A DNA stretch of 64,000 bases from Limisphaerales bacterium (GTDB taxonomy: Bacteria > Verrucomicrobiota > Verrucomicrobiia > Limisphaerales > JAJOIW01): positions 405,520 through 469,519 of the forward strand of contig CBFHOE010000003.1 of the NCBI GenBank assembly GCA_965657355.1. Reading direction: 5' to 3'. Shown here piece after piece: positions 26,678-36,509 of the stretch (position 1 is its first letter; every line of letters starts with the position of its first letter). The translations under genes and the position numbers were made by a program. Under the pieces are notes generated by a model. It worked only from the letters and a program-made list of their open reading frames with translations. It made no database searches and was not told the DNA's origin.

Positions 26678-29266
26678 ATGAAGAATTTTCTATATAAATC
26701 ATTGCTGATCATATTAGCCGTCGTCCTTTCTCATTTTTCTGTCTCTGGTCAGCTGGTATCCAACTCGTCTGGTCAAATTGAGTGGGAGGAGATGCCTCCG
26801 ATTCCTGACGCCTTGGGTGTTGCTGGACCATTCTCCGGAATTTCTAATGATTTTCTCATAGTAGCAGGTGGAGCTAATTTTCCTCAGCCCGTTTGGGACA
26901 ATAACAAGCAGTGGGTAGATAAAATCTACATCATGGATCTGAAAGCCGAGAATCTTCAATGGATAGAATCCGGTCGCCTCCCGAATGCAACCGCATATGG
27001 TGCTAGTGTTTCTACCCCATTTGGTTTGTTTTGCTTTGGTGGGAATAATAGTAAGGATGTTTTTAAAAATGCATATGTTATTAATATTTTTCGACAAACG
27101 AACAAACCCGCTGAACTAATTATTGATTCCATTCCTTCTTTGCCGGAAACGAATGTTTACTCCCAAGCCGTCTTTTACGATAACAAAATTTACCTCGTTA
27201 CCGGACAAGCTGAGCAGGGTCTTGACTCTGCTCACAAATATTTTTGGAAACTTGATCTAACACCTCTTGCAGGAACTCCTTATAAGGACAGGAATTTTGA
27301 TGCATTAGTCTGGGAGAGTCTGGATGAATTTCCCGGCCTGCCTCGGGCTTTTGCTTTATCTACAATACAGCATGACGGATTTGACGATCACTTATTTTTA
27401 GCTAGCGGAAGAACACAAAATGGCGACGAGACTTTATTTCTTACTGATCATTGGAAATTCAATTTAAGAACTCAAAAATGGAAAAAGGTTTCGGACGTGC
27501 CCCAATGCGTTATGGCAGGTGTCAGCTTACCGGTCGGCCAGAGTCATTATTTAACTGTCGGTGGAGATACCGGAGAAAATTTTTTCAAAACCGATGACCT
27601 AAAAGATAATCATCCCGGATTTCCTCTCAAGTCATTTGCATACAATGCCATCACCGATACATGGTCGGAACACAGCGATATTCCTGTCAATCAGGTTACA
27701 ACCAAGGCGGTATCCTACAAGGGGTCCTACATTATTCCTTCCGGAGAAATAAGACCGCGCGTTAGAAGCCCCAAAGTGTGGCGTCTATCTATTGAAAATA
27801 AATCCTCAAATCTTGGATGGGTGAATTCTGTTGTCATAGTGATCTACTTAATAATTGTCTTAGGCGTCGGGTTCCGCTTCTCCAGGAACCACAAAAATAC
27901 AGATGATTATTTCACTGGAGGCAAACGGGTTGCTTGGTGGGTTGCTGGGTGCAGTGTTTTTGCCACAATGCTCAGCTCCTTGACATACACTGGAATACCC
28001 TCCAAGGCGTATGCTCAAAATTGGGTCTATGCCATTGCAAATTTCATGATACCAGTAGTAGCTATCTATGCTGTCTTTTTCGCTCTCCCATTCTTCAGGC
28101 GACTAAAATCGGCCAGTGCTTACGAATACCTGGAAAATCGATTCGATTATCGGCTTCGCCGTGTCGCTAGTGGCGTTTTTATACTTTATCATATATTTCG
28201 AATGGCTGTAGTGATGTCTCTCACTAGTTTGGCTTTGTCATTGGCCACTCCTTTGTCACCGCAGCAATCCATTGTTATCATGGGATTTCTTTGCATTGCC
28301 TATTCGGTGAGTGGGGGGCTGGAGGCCGTCGTTTGGACGGATACTGTTCAAACGGTGGTTCTACTCATTGGAGCAATCGCTGCTGTCATTTATCTTATTG
28401 CAGGCATTGACGGCGGATGGACAACTTTCACCACCATGGCAAGTGAAAGCGATAAATTCAAAATGGCCAACCTCCATTGGGATGCAACGCAATCTGCTGT
28501 TGCTTTTTGGGTCATTGTTCTTGGTTCTATAGGACAAAATATATCCTCTTATACTTCTGATCAGGCAGTCGTTCAAAGATACTTATCAACTCCGACCAAA
28601 AAAGATGCCGCCCAAGCAATCTGGTTAAATGCTGGACTCAGCATTTTTGCAACCCTTCTTTTCTTTGGTATTGGGTCCGGGTTGTTCGTCTTTTACAAAG
28701 TGAACCCGGATGCTTTAGACGTCGCCATAAACAATGATCAAATCTTCCCCTTCTTTATCATATCGACGATGCCCGTAGGAGTGGCTGGTTTGATCATTGC
28801 GGGATTATTTGCCGCTGCTCAATCTACAGTTTCCACAAGTATGAATTCTACTGCAACAGCGCTAATTACAGATTTTGCAAGCTCAAGAAAAGAAGCCAAA
28901 AATGACTTATTCAAAGCGAGGATAGCAACATTGGTTTTTGGTGTAATGGGCACCGCATTGGCTTTTCTTTTTATCTCACCTGAAATTCAGTCCCTTTTTG
29001 ATGCGTTTATTAAAGTCGTTGGTCTTTTTATGGGGACACTCGGAGGTTTATTTTTACTTGGTATGCTTACTAAATATGCCACGGGAAATGGAGCGTTATT
29101 AGGCACGTTGTTTTCATTGGTGATGTTAGTGGCCATATGGCAAAAGACTGATGTTCCGTCATTTTTGTATCCACTTCTGGGTGTTGTTATGTCCTTTTTA
29201 TCAGGTATGATTGCCAGCAAAATCTTGCCTCAGTCAGCAAATCTATCTAGTCATTCTGTCAAGTAG
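26678..29266 (+). CDS. Kelch/NanM-like beta-propeller fused to sodium:solute symporter (SiaT-like)
   Basis: Signal peptide. LIVAGGANFP, AYGAS and PSGEIRPRVRS in the N-terminal half. DDYFTGG, SAYEYLENRF, GGLEAVVWTD, DQAVVQRYL, FAAAQST in the SSS half. Confidence 0.9.
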   Translation: MKNFLYKSLLIILAVVLSHFSVSGQLVSNSSGQIEWEEMPPIPDALGVAGPFSGISNDFLIVAGGANFPQPVWDNNKQWVDKIYIMDLKAENLQWIESGRLPNATAYGASVSTPFGLFCFGGNNSKDVFKNAYVINIFRQTNKPAELIIDSIPSLPETNVYSQAVFYDNKIYLVTGQAEQGLDSAHKYFWKLDLTPLAGTPYKDRNFDALVWESLDEFPGLPRAFALSTIQHDGFDDHLFLASGRTQNGDETLFLTDHWKFNLRTQKWKKVSDVPQCVMAGVSLPVGQSHYLTVGGDTGENFFKTDDLKDNHPGFPLKSFAYNAITDTWSEHSDIPVNQVTTKAVSYKGSYIIPSGEIRPRVRSPKVWRLSIENKSSNLGWVNSVVIVIYLIIVLGVGFRFSRNHKNTDDYFTGGKRVAWWVAGCSVFATMLSSLTYTGIPSKAYAQNWVYAIANFMIPVVAIYAVFFALPFFRRLKSASAYEYLENRFDYRLRRVASGVFILYHIFRMAVVMSLTSLALSLATPLSPQQSIVIMGFLCIAYSVSGGLEAVVWTDTVQTVVLLIGAIAAVIYLIAGIDGGWTTFTTMASESDKFKMANLHWDATQSAVAFWVIVLGSIGQNISSYTSDQAVVQRYLSTPTKKDAAQAIWLNAGLSIFATLLFFGIGSGLFVFYKVNPDALDVAINNDQIFPFFIISTMPVGVAGLIIAGLFAAAQSTVSTSMNSTATALITDFASSRKEAKNDLFKARIATLVFGVMGTALAFLFISPEIQSLFDAFIKVVGLFMGTLGGLFLLGMLTKYATGNGALLGTLFSLVMLVAIWQKTDVPSFLYPLLGVVMSFLSGMIASKILPQSANLSSHSVK

Positions 29267-29335
29267 ATTTCCTTAAAAAAGAATGAGAAGAGGGCATTGA
29301 CCTCGAAAAGATTTTTATTAATCATTCCCATCCAA

Positions 29336-31360
29336 ATGTTATGGGAAGATGCTCTTAATCCTGCTCAGAGAGAAGCCGTTAAGCAAATTGATGGCCCGGT
29401 ATTGATTCTTGCAGGTGCAGGAACAGGCAAGACAAGGACACTGACGTGTCGAGTCGCTCACATGCTTAAAAAAGGAATCAAACCGGATTCTATTTTGTGT
29501 CTGACATTTAGCAATAAAGCTGCTAACGAAATGAGGGAAAGGGTTATTGGACTTATTGGTTCTGTCCGAAAAAAGTCAGCACGCCCCTATTTAAGCACAT
29601 TTCATTCATTTGGAGTGAAAATTCTTAAAGAATCAATCCATCATCTAGGGTATGGAAAGCAGTTTGTTATATACGACCAACCTGACCAATTGGGGCTCAT
29701 TAAAAGATTAATCGCTCAGTTTTCAGGTGAAGATTTACCGAAAGATCCCCCAGTTTTACTGGCTCTTGTCAGCAAATACCGAAATTGGAAAATCGCTCCA
29801 ACTGGTCAATTTCCAGACCATTGGGGCCCTGAATTAGATCGGGTTGCGACCAGGTATGAATCTGCTTTAAAGGCCGCCAATGCTTTGGACTTCGATGATT
29901 TGCTCATCCGGACCCTTGAATTGCTCAGAGACTACCCGGAGGTTTTAGAGAAATACCAAAAAAAGTTTCAATACTTGATGGTCGACGAATACCAGGATAC
30001 CAATAGAATTCAGCTTGAGTTGTTGCTTCTCCTCGCAAAGCATCATCAAAATATTTGTGTCGTGGGCGACGATGATCAGTCCATATATGGATGGCGTGGG
30101 GCTGAGATATCTAACCTTCTCAATTTGGAAGACCACTTTGACAATTTAAAGATCATTAAACTGGAACAAAATTATAGATCTACAAATATCATTCTCAAAT
30201 CAGCCAATGCCCTTATAAAAAATAATCCTAGGCGGCGTCCCAAGAACTTGTGGTCAGAAAATGGGGAAGGGGAGCCGATTTCTTTGTATTCATTTGAAAA
30301 CGATGAGAAGGAGGCACAATCTGTCGTCGATAAGATCGAATCGGACAGGATATTGAAAGGTATTCCATGGAAAGCTCAGGCCGTACTTTTTCGTACTAAT
30401 CAACAGAGCCGACAATTTGAACTCGCTTTCAGAAAAAGCAAAGTGACCTACGTTCTTATAGGTGGATTAAGTTTTTTTGATAGGAAGGAAATCAGGGATA
30501 CCCTTGCGTATTTAAAAGTTTTGATAAACCCAAAAGACGATACTAATTTGCTGAGAATATTTAATGTTCCTCCCAGAGGGGTTGGTGCGACATCTGTTCA
30601 AAAAATATTGGCTTTAGCTGAGGATAGATCCAAACCTGTATGGGAAGTTTTGAATCATACTGATGTTCTCGCAGCTCTCCAAAAAAAAACCTCTGTATCT
30701 GTAGAAAATTTTTATTCTTTGGTGGAAAATTACCGAGACAAATTGCAGGAGACAATGGGAACACCAAGCCCAATTCTTTTTGAGTTTTTCGATGAGATTG
30801 GATTTTTTGATGAGGTTAGAAAAATTGAAAAAGACGAGGAGGCTGGAGAGGCGCGAGAGCGAAACGTGAGAGAGCTTATTCAACAAGTAGATACCTTTGT
30901 CCCGGGCAATAAGAAATCTCACATGGACCGGTTATCCTCGTATATTTCTGATTTAACATTGGATGGGAGTAAATTCGGGAGTGGGGATGCGGGTGATCAA
31001 AGAGATGTGGTTACCCTCATTACAATGCACAGCTGTAAAGGTCTAGAGTATCCTTACGTATATATTGCCGGTTGTGAACACGGGATTCTACCCCACTCCA
31101 GATCATTAGAAGAAGGCTCCATAGATGAAGAACGTCGCTTGTTTTATGTCGCTTGTACGAGAGCACAAAAACACCTGTCGATTGGGTATTGCAGAGGTCG
31201 AATGAATAGAGGAAAAATTACGTCTCGCCATCCGAGCCCATTCATCAAAGAAATCCCAGAAGAGCTCATGGACAGAGTTGATCCCAATAAGTCTGAGCCG
31301 ATTACCAAAGAAGATTCTAGTAAATTTTTTGATTCTATTCGAAGTATGATTGATGAATGA
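29336..31360 (+). CDS. UvrD/Rep/PcrA family ATP-dependent DNA helicase
   Basis: LNPAQ, AGAGTGKT, VDEYQDTN, VGDDDQSIYGWRGA, LEQNYRS, TMHSCKGLEY, EERRLFYVACTRA. The track's TTG start at 29297 coincides with a -35 box. Confidence 0.95.
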   Translation: MLWEDALNPAQREAVKQIDGPVLILAGAGTGKTRTLTCRVAHMLKKGIKPDSILCLTFSNKAANEMRERVIGLIGSVRKKSARPYLSTFHSFGVKILKESIHHLGYGKQFVIYDQPDQLGLIKRLIAQFSGEDLPKDPPVLLALVSKYRNWKIAPTGQFPDHWGPELDRVATRYESALKAANALDFDDLLIRTLELLRDYPEVLEKYQKKFQYLMVDEYQDTNRIQLELLLLLAKHHQNICVVGDDDQSIYGWRGAEISNLLNLEDHFDNLKIIKLEQNYRSTNIILKSANALIKNNPRRRPKNLWSENGEGEPISLYSFENDEKEAQSVVDKIESDRILKGIPWKAQAVLFRTNQQSRQFELAFRKSKVTYVLIGGLSFFDRKEIRDTLAYLKVLINPKDDTNLLRIFNVPPRGVGATSVQKILALAEDRSKPVWEVLNHTDVLAALQKKTSVSVENFYSLVENYRDKLQETMGTPSPILFEFFDEIGFFDEVRKIEKDEEAGEARERNVRELIQQVDTFVPGNKKSHMDRLSSYISDLTLDGSKFGSGDAGDQRDVVTLITMHSCKGLEYPYVYIAGCEHGILPHSRSLEEGSIDEERRLFYVACTRAQKHLSIGYCRGRMNRGKITSRHPSPFIKEIPEELMDRVDPNKSEPITKEDSSKFFDSIRSMIDE

Positions 31361-31370
31361 CAAGTCATAT

Positions 31371-32477
31371 TTATCGGAAACTTATCGAAAAATCACTTTT
31401 GATTAATTTGGGCTCGTCGATTTGATACCCCAATTCGTTTTTAATCTTAAAAAATTTCGTTTCCCCCGAAACTGGGATTTCAATCTTTCTCTTTTTCCAA
31501 TCCAATTCAATCCTGTGAGATTGAGTGAAATGACCGTCTACAGTGTCAGAAATTAATATTTCGATTGGATGAATATTCTCGTCTATAATACCGACAACAT
31601 ATTCGATCCATTCCATTCGAGCTGGGATAGCCGTGGCAAAGAATTGGCTTTCATTAAAACCAAAATTTGCATTATTAAGAACCCATTTATTATTTCGAAA
31701 AATATAGAGTGAAGAGCCATTATATACCGAGGCATTAAAGGACAGGCTATTGGGATCGGATCGGTACGGTCCAGTAACGGCATAATTTATGCCAATCAAA
31801 TTCCACGCGTTTCCGAATTTTGAGAATATGCCTCCTCCAGAGTCTCCACTTGATAAAGTACATTCGTTTGGGTTTAAAAAATTGTTGAATCTGCATGCAA
31901 AGTTAAAAGCCTCTATTGAATCATGTTTTACGGGGTGATTTGAGGCATTGATGATAGCCGAAATTCGATTTGTTCCCCATCGCATTACTCGGTCAGCTTT
32001 ACCCCAGCTCCATCCAATAGATTCAGCATCTGTATCTGATGCAAAAATAGGATCTCCTTTTTGAGTTCCCCTTCCAAATACGACCACCTCGCTTCCAACC
32101 CAAGGCAGTGAATCTGCAACTTTGGCAAACATTGAAAGAGGTGCATCGACCTGCCATATGATGAGATCTGTCTTCGGATCCGGATAATACGCAATCGTCT
32201 GGTAGTCGACATTTTGGTATCGGAATGTATTTCCAATATGTCCGCCAATATGCTTCGCGGTGATAAAGCAATTTCTGTGAATAGGAATCCCGGTAAAAGC
32301 ATTGAAAAAACCATGTAGATCCCAACCTGATCCATTCAATTCGCCCTCAGGCTTCGACGTATTGTGATCTGCTGAATTCTGATTTAAAAAAATAACTGCT
32401 GGAATTTGATAATTCTGAAAAGCGACAATGAGAAATAGGGCGACTATCCTATAAAATCTCTTTTTTCTTCCCCACAT
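31371..32477 (-). CDS. Secreted trypsin-like (S1) serine protease
   Basis: Signal peptide, ITAKH (His), DL (Asp), GDSGGG (Ser). Confidence 0.8.
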   Translation of the reverse strand: MWGRKKRFYRIVALFLIVAFQNYQIPAVIFLNQNSADHNTSKPEGELNGSGWDLHGFFNAFTGIPIHRNCFITAKHIGGHIGNTFRYQNVDYQTIAYYPDPKTDLIIWQVDAPLSMFAKVADSLPWVGSEVVVFGRGTQKGDPIFASDTDAESIGWSWGKADRVMRWGTNRISAIINASNHPVKHDSIEAFNFACRFNNFLNPNECTLSSGDSGGGIFSKFGNAWNLIGINYAVTGPYRSDPNSLSFNASVYNGSSLYIFRNNKWVLNNANFGFNESQFFATAIPARMEWIEYVVGIIDENIHPIEILISDTVDGHFTQSHRIELDWKKRKIEIPVSGETKFFKIKNELGYQIDEPKLIKSDFSISFR

Positions 32478-32526
32478 AATATAATCTCTACCCTTTATGT
32501 TTTTCCCGCAAGAGAAGCCTACTCAT

Positions 32527-32554
32527 TAAAAAAGACCCTCTTGAATAAGGGCCT
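32527..32554 (-). terminator. Possible intrinsic terminator
   Basis: Minus strand AGGCCCTTATTCAAGAGGGTC followed by a T run. Confidence 0.5.
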
Positions 32555-32580
32555 CAGATAGTCTTGGTAAGAAATTTGAT

Positions 32581-33900
32581 TTATTTGAAGTTGCCAGAAA
32601 GAGCTGAAGATGAAAAATCCAGTCTCTTGGCTTGTTTAGTGCTTCTGATATAGACGCTTCCGTCCGATAGTGCTGGAGTCGACCAGCACTTGCCTTTTAG
32701 GGCATTGGTTCGAAAGACTTCGTCATAGCTTTCTGGAGTAGCTCTGATCAAAACAAGTTGGCCCTTATCCCCAAGGGCAATAATGGTCTCATCGGACAAG
32801 ATGACATTTCCCGGCCCAAATCCATCTTCTGACCACATTTCTTTGCCATCGGAGAGGCGTACGCATTTCACCGGTCCTTTTCCATATTTTTTGAAACTAA
32901 ACATGCCGTAAAGGTAGCCATCTTTTGCCACTGGAGTGCTCCAATGATTCATCAGTCGGTTTCTTTTTCTCCACATATTCTTGGTAGTCCATTCACCTTT
33001 ATTCATTGAAACTTTATAGGCTGCCGCTCCGACTCCATACCCAGCTGAACAATAAACTACATCTTCATACACAACTGGAGAAGCTGCAGTTGAAACATTG
33101 AAATTAAATTTTTGTCTCCACAATTCTCTTCCATCACCTGGTGACATGCTCACCAAACCAGACCTGACAAAAAATATTATTTGGTCTACCCCATGAATCG
33201 ATGCCTTTACAGGACTAGCATGGGTCATGTCTTCCGTGCCCGACTTCCAAATTTCTTTTCCAGAAATGGCATCTAAGCAAAGGAAAGATTGTTTTTCACC
33301 TCCAGCAGAAATGTAGATTTTACCATCAAAAATAATTGGGCTTGCTGCATTCTGCCACCTCGGAAGTTGAGCTCCGAATTCCTTTTTCAGATCAATATTC
33401 CAAATTTTTTCACCGTTTTCAGGATTAAGTCGGCTCAGATGCATATGCGCCGATAAAGTAATCAAACCACCTTTGTAAAACGAAGGCGTTGTTCTGGGGC
33501 CGTCACCACCGCTATTGTCTCTGCTTCCTGCGTTTCCACCTCCGTCGTATTGGCTTGAGCCAAGAGGTGTTTTCCAAAGTTCTTCTCCTGTGTTTGCGTC
33601 TAAAGCTCGACAGGTTTCTTGTTTTCCATCCCCTAGCTCAAGAGTAAAAAGTTTACCGTCAACAACGCAAAACGAACTGAAACCATTATTTACTTCAGCG
33701 CTCCAACTGGTCGTTGGTTTGCCTTGAAAACCAAATGATTCTGTCGCTATACCATTCTGAGCCGGTCCTCGATATCCAGGCCAGTCGCCCGCTTCTACTT
33801 GGTGGTTAAATGACCCAATAAGTACGCCAACTCCAACTAAACCTGATAAAAAATTATTTATGAATCGTATTTTAGTTTCCATATTTTGACTGCTTTTCAA
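32581..33900 (-). CDS. PQQ-like beta-propeller repeat protein (BamB-like, PVC type)
   Basis: DWPGYRGP, ALDANTGEELW, DGPRTTP, GKCWSTPAL. Confidence 0.9.
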   Translation of the reverse strand: MKSSQNMETKIRFINNFLSGLVGVGVLIGSFNHQVEAGDWPGYRGPAQNGIATESFGFQGKPTTSWSAEVNNGFSSFCVVDGKLFTLELGDGKQETCRALDANTGEELWKTPLGSSQYDGGGNAGSRDNSGGDGPRTTPSFYKGGLITLSAHMHLSRLNPENGEKIWNIDLKKEFGAQLPRWQNAASPIIFDGKIYISAGGEKQSFLCLDAISGKEIWKSGTEDMTHASPVKASIHGVDQIIFFVRSGLVSMSPGDGRELWRQKFNFNVSTAASPVVYEDVVYCSAGYGVGAAAYKVSMNKGEWTTKNMWRKRNRLMNHWSTPVAKDGYLYGMFSFKKYGKGPVKCVRLSDGKEMWSEDGFGPGNVILSDETIIALGDKGQLVLIRATPESYDEVFRTNALKGKCWSTPALSDGSVYIRSTKQAKRLDFSSSALSGNFK

Positions 33901-33934
33901 ATTTTACAATAGATGATTTCCAGAAGGATCGTAT

Positions 33935-34717
33935 TCAAATTTTTAGATTATGACGATCTATGAATTCTTCTGCGAAAACTTCATACGCCGCCGAGCCGGC
34001 ACTGTATGGATCATAGTGAATGACTGGTTTTCCAAAGCTGGGAGCCTCAGCGAGCCTCGTCGTTCTCGGTATCACAGTGTCGTACACTAAATCCTCAAAG
34101 TATTCTTGAACCTCACTCAGGACTTGTTGGGAAAGTTTTGTTCTCCCATCAAACATGGTCATCAAAATTCCACCGAATTTAAGTTTTGGATTGGCTCCAG
34201 AATCTTTGATTTGGTCAATCACTTGTTTTATCATCGATATTCCCTCAAGGGCATAGTATTCGCACTGTAGCGGAACGAGCACCTCTTCTGCTGCAACCAA
34301 TGCATTCAATGTGAGAAGGCTTAATGACGGGGCGCAATCGATCAGAATCAAATGGTATTTGTTTTCCTCAACAATTGGATCGAGAACTTTTTTTAATTTG
34401 AAGAGGTGGTTTTGAGTTTTTGCCAGCTCTACATCGGCACCACATAGGTCCATTTCACTTGGAATAAGATCTAAATTGCTCAATTCGGTCGGCACGATCA
34501 TTTTTTTTAGATCATCCCCATTGAGAATAGCGTCATAGCAACTGGCTCCCTCTTTTTTTTCCAAACCAAAGCCACTGGTGGCATTAGCCTGAGGGTCTAG
34601 ATCTAAGAGGAGAATCTTCCTGTCGTTTTCTGCGAGGCACGCTGCTAGATTGATGGCTGTCGTGGTCTTTCCAACCCCACCTTTTTGATTTGCTACAACT
34701 ATGACCCGAGTTTGCAC
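33935..34717 (-). CDS. parA: ParA/Soj family ATPase
   Basis: NQKGGVGKTTT, DLDPQANAT, IDCAPS, PLQCEYYALEG, LAEAPSFG. Confidence 0.95.
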   Translation of the reverse strand: MQTRVIVVANQKGGVGKTTTAINLAACLAENDRKILLLDLDPQANATSGFGLEKKEGASCYDAILNGDDLKKMIVPTELSNLDLIPSEMDLCGADVELAKTQNHLFKLKKVLDPIVEENKYHLILIDCAPSLSLLTLNALVAAEEVLVPLQCEYYALEGISMIKQVIDQIKDSGANPKLKFGGILMTMFDGRTKLSQQVLSEVQEYFEDLVYDTVIPRTTRLAEAPSFGKPVIHYDPYSAGSAAYEVFAEEFIDRHNLKI

Positions 34718-34723
34718 GCCATT

Positions 34724-34752
34724 ATTCTATGGGATGTCTCTGATTTTGTCAC
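34724..34752 (-). promoter_or_regulatory. Sigma70 promoter placing the TSS at or near the parA start codon
   Basis: Minus strand GTGACA-N17-TAGAAT-N6-GTG start. Confidence 0.65.
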
Positions 34753-34847
34753 AAATCTTTCTTCAGGAAATTATGAAGATTTGGGAAATTTCCGAGTTTA
34801 GATTGATTGGATTGAGGTGATGCGTGATGATGACTATTGAAAAATAA

Positions 34848-36503
34848 ATGAGTGAAGTTCTTGTCATAGGTCATAGAAATCCAGATACGGATGCGATTTG
34901 CTCAGCCATTGGGTATGCCGAATATAAGCGGTTGACTGGCGAGCCAGGCGCCACGCCAGCGAGGTGTGGTGAAACAAATCCCAGAATCGATTACGTTCTG
35001 AATAAATTTGGGCAACCAAAACCGAGTTATTTCTCTGATGTTTACCCTAAAATAAAGGACGTCATGCAAAAAAATGTGGTAGCCATCCCTCCCAGCGGCA
35101 CCATTTCTGAAGCCATAGAAATGATGGATCAGAAAAATATTAGGGTGCTTCCAATTGTTGAGCACGGGCATAGCTGTAAGGGACTCGTTTCCATTTTCAA
35201 AGCAAGCCGATATTTTTTTCCTTCTAAAAAACGGATACTTGACACCAGAAGGATTAAAGCTTCTATCCCAAATCTTCTCAAAACTCTTTCTGCGGAGCTT
35301 TTGAGTGGTCATTGTGACCAAGAGGAACTCAGCTTGGTCCTCATGGTCGGGGCCTTTGCTGCCGAAGAGTTCCAAAACCGACTTGAACAATATATCAAAG
35401 ATGACCTGGCTGTTTTGGTAGGCAACAGACCTGATATCCAGCAAATGGCCATTAAAGCTCATGTGAGAGTCCTGATAGTTACAGGTGGATTCCGGTTGAA
35501 CGAAGAAACTTTGGAATTGGTAAAGAATTCTGAGACTCTTGTGATTTATTCTCCGCATGAGACGGCCACCACATCGCACCTGTGCCGAACGGCGATTGAA
35601 GTGCAGAACGTCATGGAGGAGGATTATCTCAGTTTTAGAGAGCTTGAGAGAATTTCCAATTGTCAAAAGCTGGCTGCTAATTCTTCACATACTGCTTTTC
35701 CTGTTTTAGATACCGAGGACCGGATAGTTGGCATACTAGCCAAATCCGATTTTATTAAGAAAAAAACAAGAAAACTCATACTGGTGGACCACAATGAATT
35801 ATCTCAGGCCGTACCTGGAGCCGAAGAGAATGAAATTATAGAAATTGTTGATCACCACCGAATCGGCTCCTTATCAACAAATCAGCCCATTTTATTCCGT
35901 AACGAACCTGTTGGCAGCACCTCGACTATTGTTTCAGAATTGTTTCTGAGTAATGCGATAACTATAAAACCATCTATCGCAGGAATACTTCTGGCGGGAT
36001 TGGTTACTGATACATTAAACCTGACGTCCCCGACAACCTCTGCCAGAGACGTACGAATTCTGAGAAAATTGGAGGAGATTGCGAACGTCGATGCGACTCA
36101 ATTTACCGAGCATCTTTTCTCAAGTGGTTCCATACTGACATTAAAAGATCCAGAGGAGGCTATTCACGTCGACTGTAAGGAATATACAGAAGGTGATCTT
36201 ACATTCTCCGTAGCGCAGATTGAAGAGCTTGGATTCAGTAATTTCAAGGCCAAGAAAAATGATCTGGTACAGTCATTAGAGGCTTACCGGAAAATGAATC
36301 ATTATTTTTTTAGCGCACTTCTTGTGACTGATGTGGTGAAACACACTTCAATGTTATTGGTCTCAGGGCCACCAGAATTTATTCAGAACATAACATATCC
36401 CCACGTTGAAGATACGATCTTTGAATTAAAAAATGTGGTTTCGAGGAAGAAACAACTCCTTCCTTACCTCACTGAAATACTTCACGCTACCCAAACTTCG
36501 TAA
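34848..36503 (+). CDS. ppaC: Mn-dependent (family II) inorganic pyrophosphatase with CBS and DRTGG domains
   Basis: GHRNPDTDAICSA, CBS/DRTGG-like insert, LVDHNE, IVDHHR, EPVGSTST, VVSRKKQ. Confidence 0.93.
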   Translation: MSEVLVIGHRNPDTDAICSAIGYAEYKRLTGEPGATPARCGETNPRIDYVLNKFGQPKPSYFSDVYPKIKDVMQKNVVAIPPSGTISEAIEMMDQKNIRVLPIVEHGHSCKGLVSIFKASRYFFPSKKRILDTRRIKASIPNLLKTLSAELLSGHCDQEELSLVLMVGAFAAEEFQNRLEQYIKDDLAVLVGNRPDIQQMAIKAHVRVLIVTGGFRLNEETLELVKNSETLVIYSPHETATTSHLCRTAIEVQNVMEEDYLSFRELERISNCQKLAANSSHTAFPVLDTEDRIVGILAKSDFIKKKTRKLILVDHNELSQAVPGAEENEIIEIVDHHRIGSLSTNQPILFRNEPVGSTSTIVSELFLSNAITIKPSIAGILLAGLVTDTLNLTSPTTSARDVRILRKLEEIANVDATQFTEHLFSSGSILTLKDPEEAIHVDCKEYTEGDLTFSVAQIEELGFSNFKAKKNDLVQSLEAYRKMNHYFFSALLVTDVVKHTSMLLVSGPPEFIQNITYPHVEDTIFELKNVVSRKKQLLPYLTEILHATQTS

Positions 36504-36509
36504 ATACAA

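Noticed and set aside
29336..31360. Helicase as part of an anti-phage defence system (e.g. Gabija)
   Set aside because: Full-length housekeeping UvrD/Rep-type protein with no adjacent nuclease or ATPase partner.
34902..35666. 254-aa antisense ORF
   Set aside because: It lies wholly opposite ppaC with no recognisable motifs, so it is a shadow ORF.
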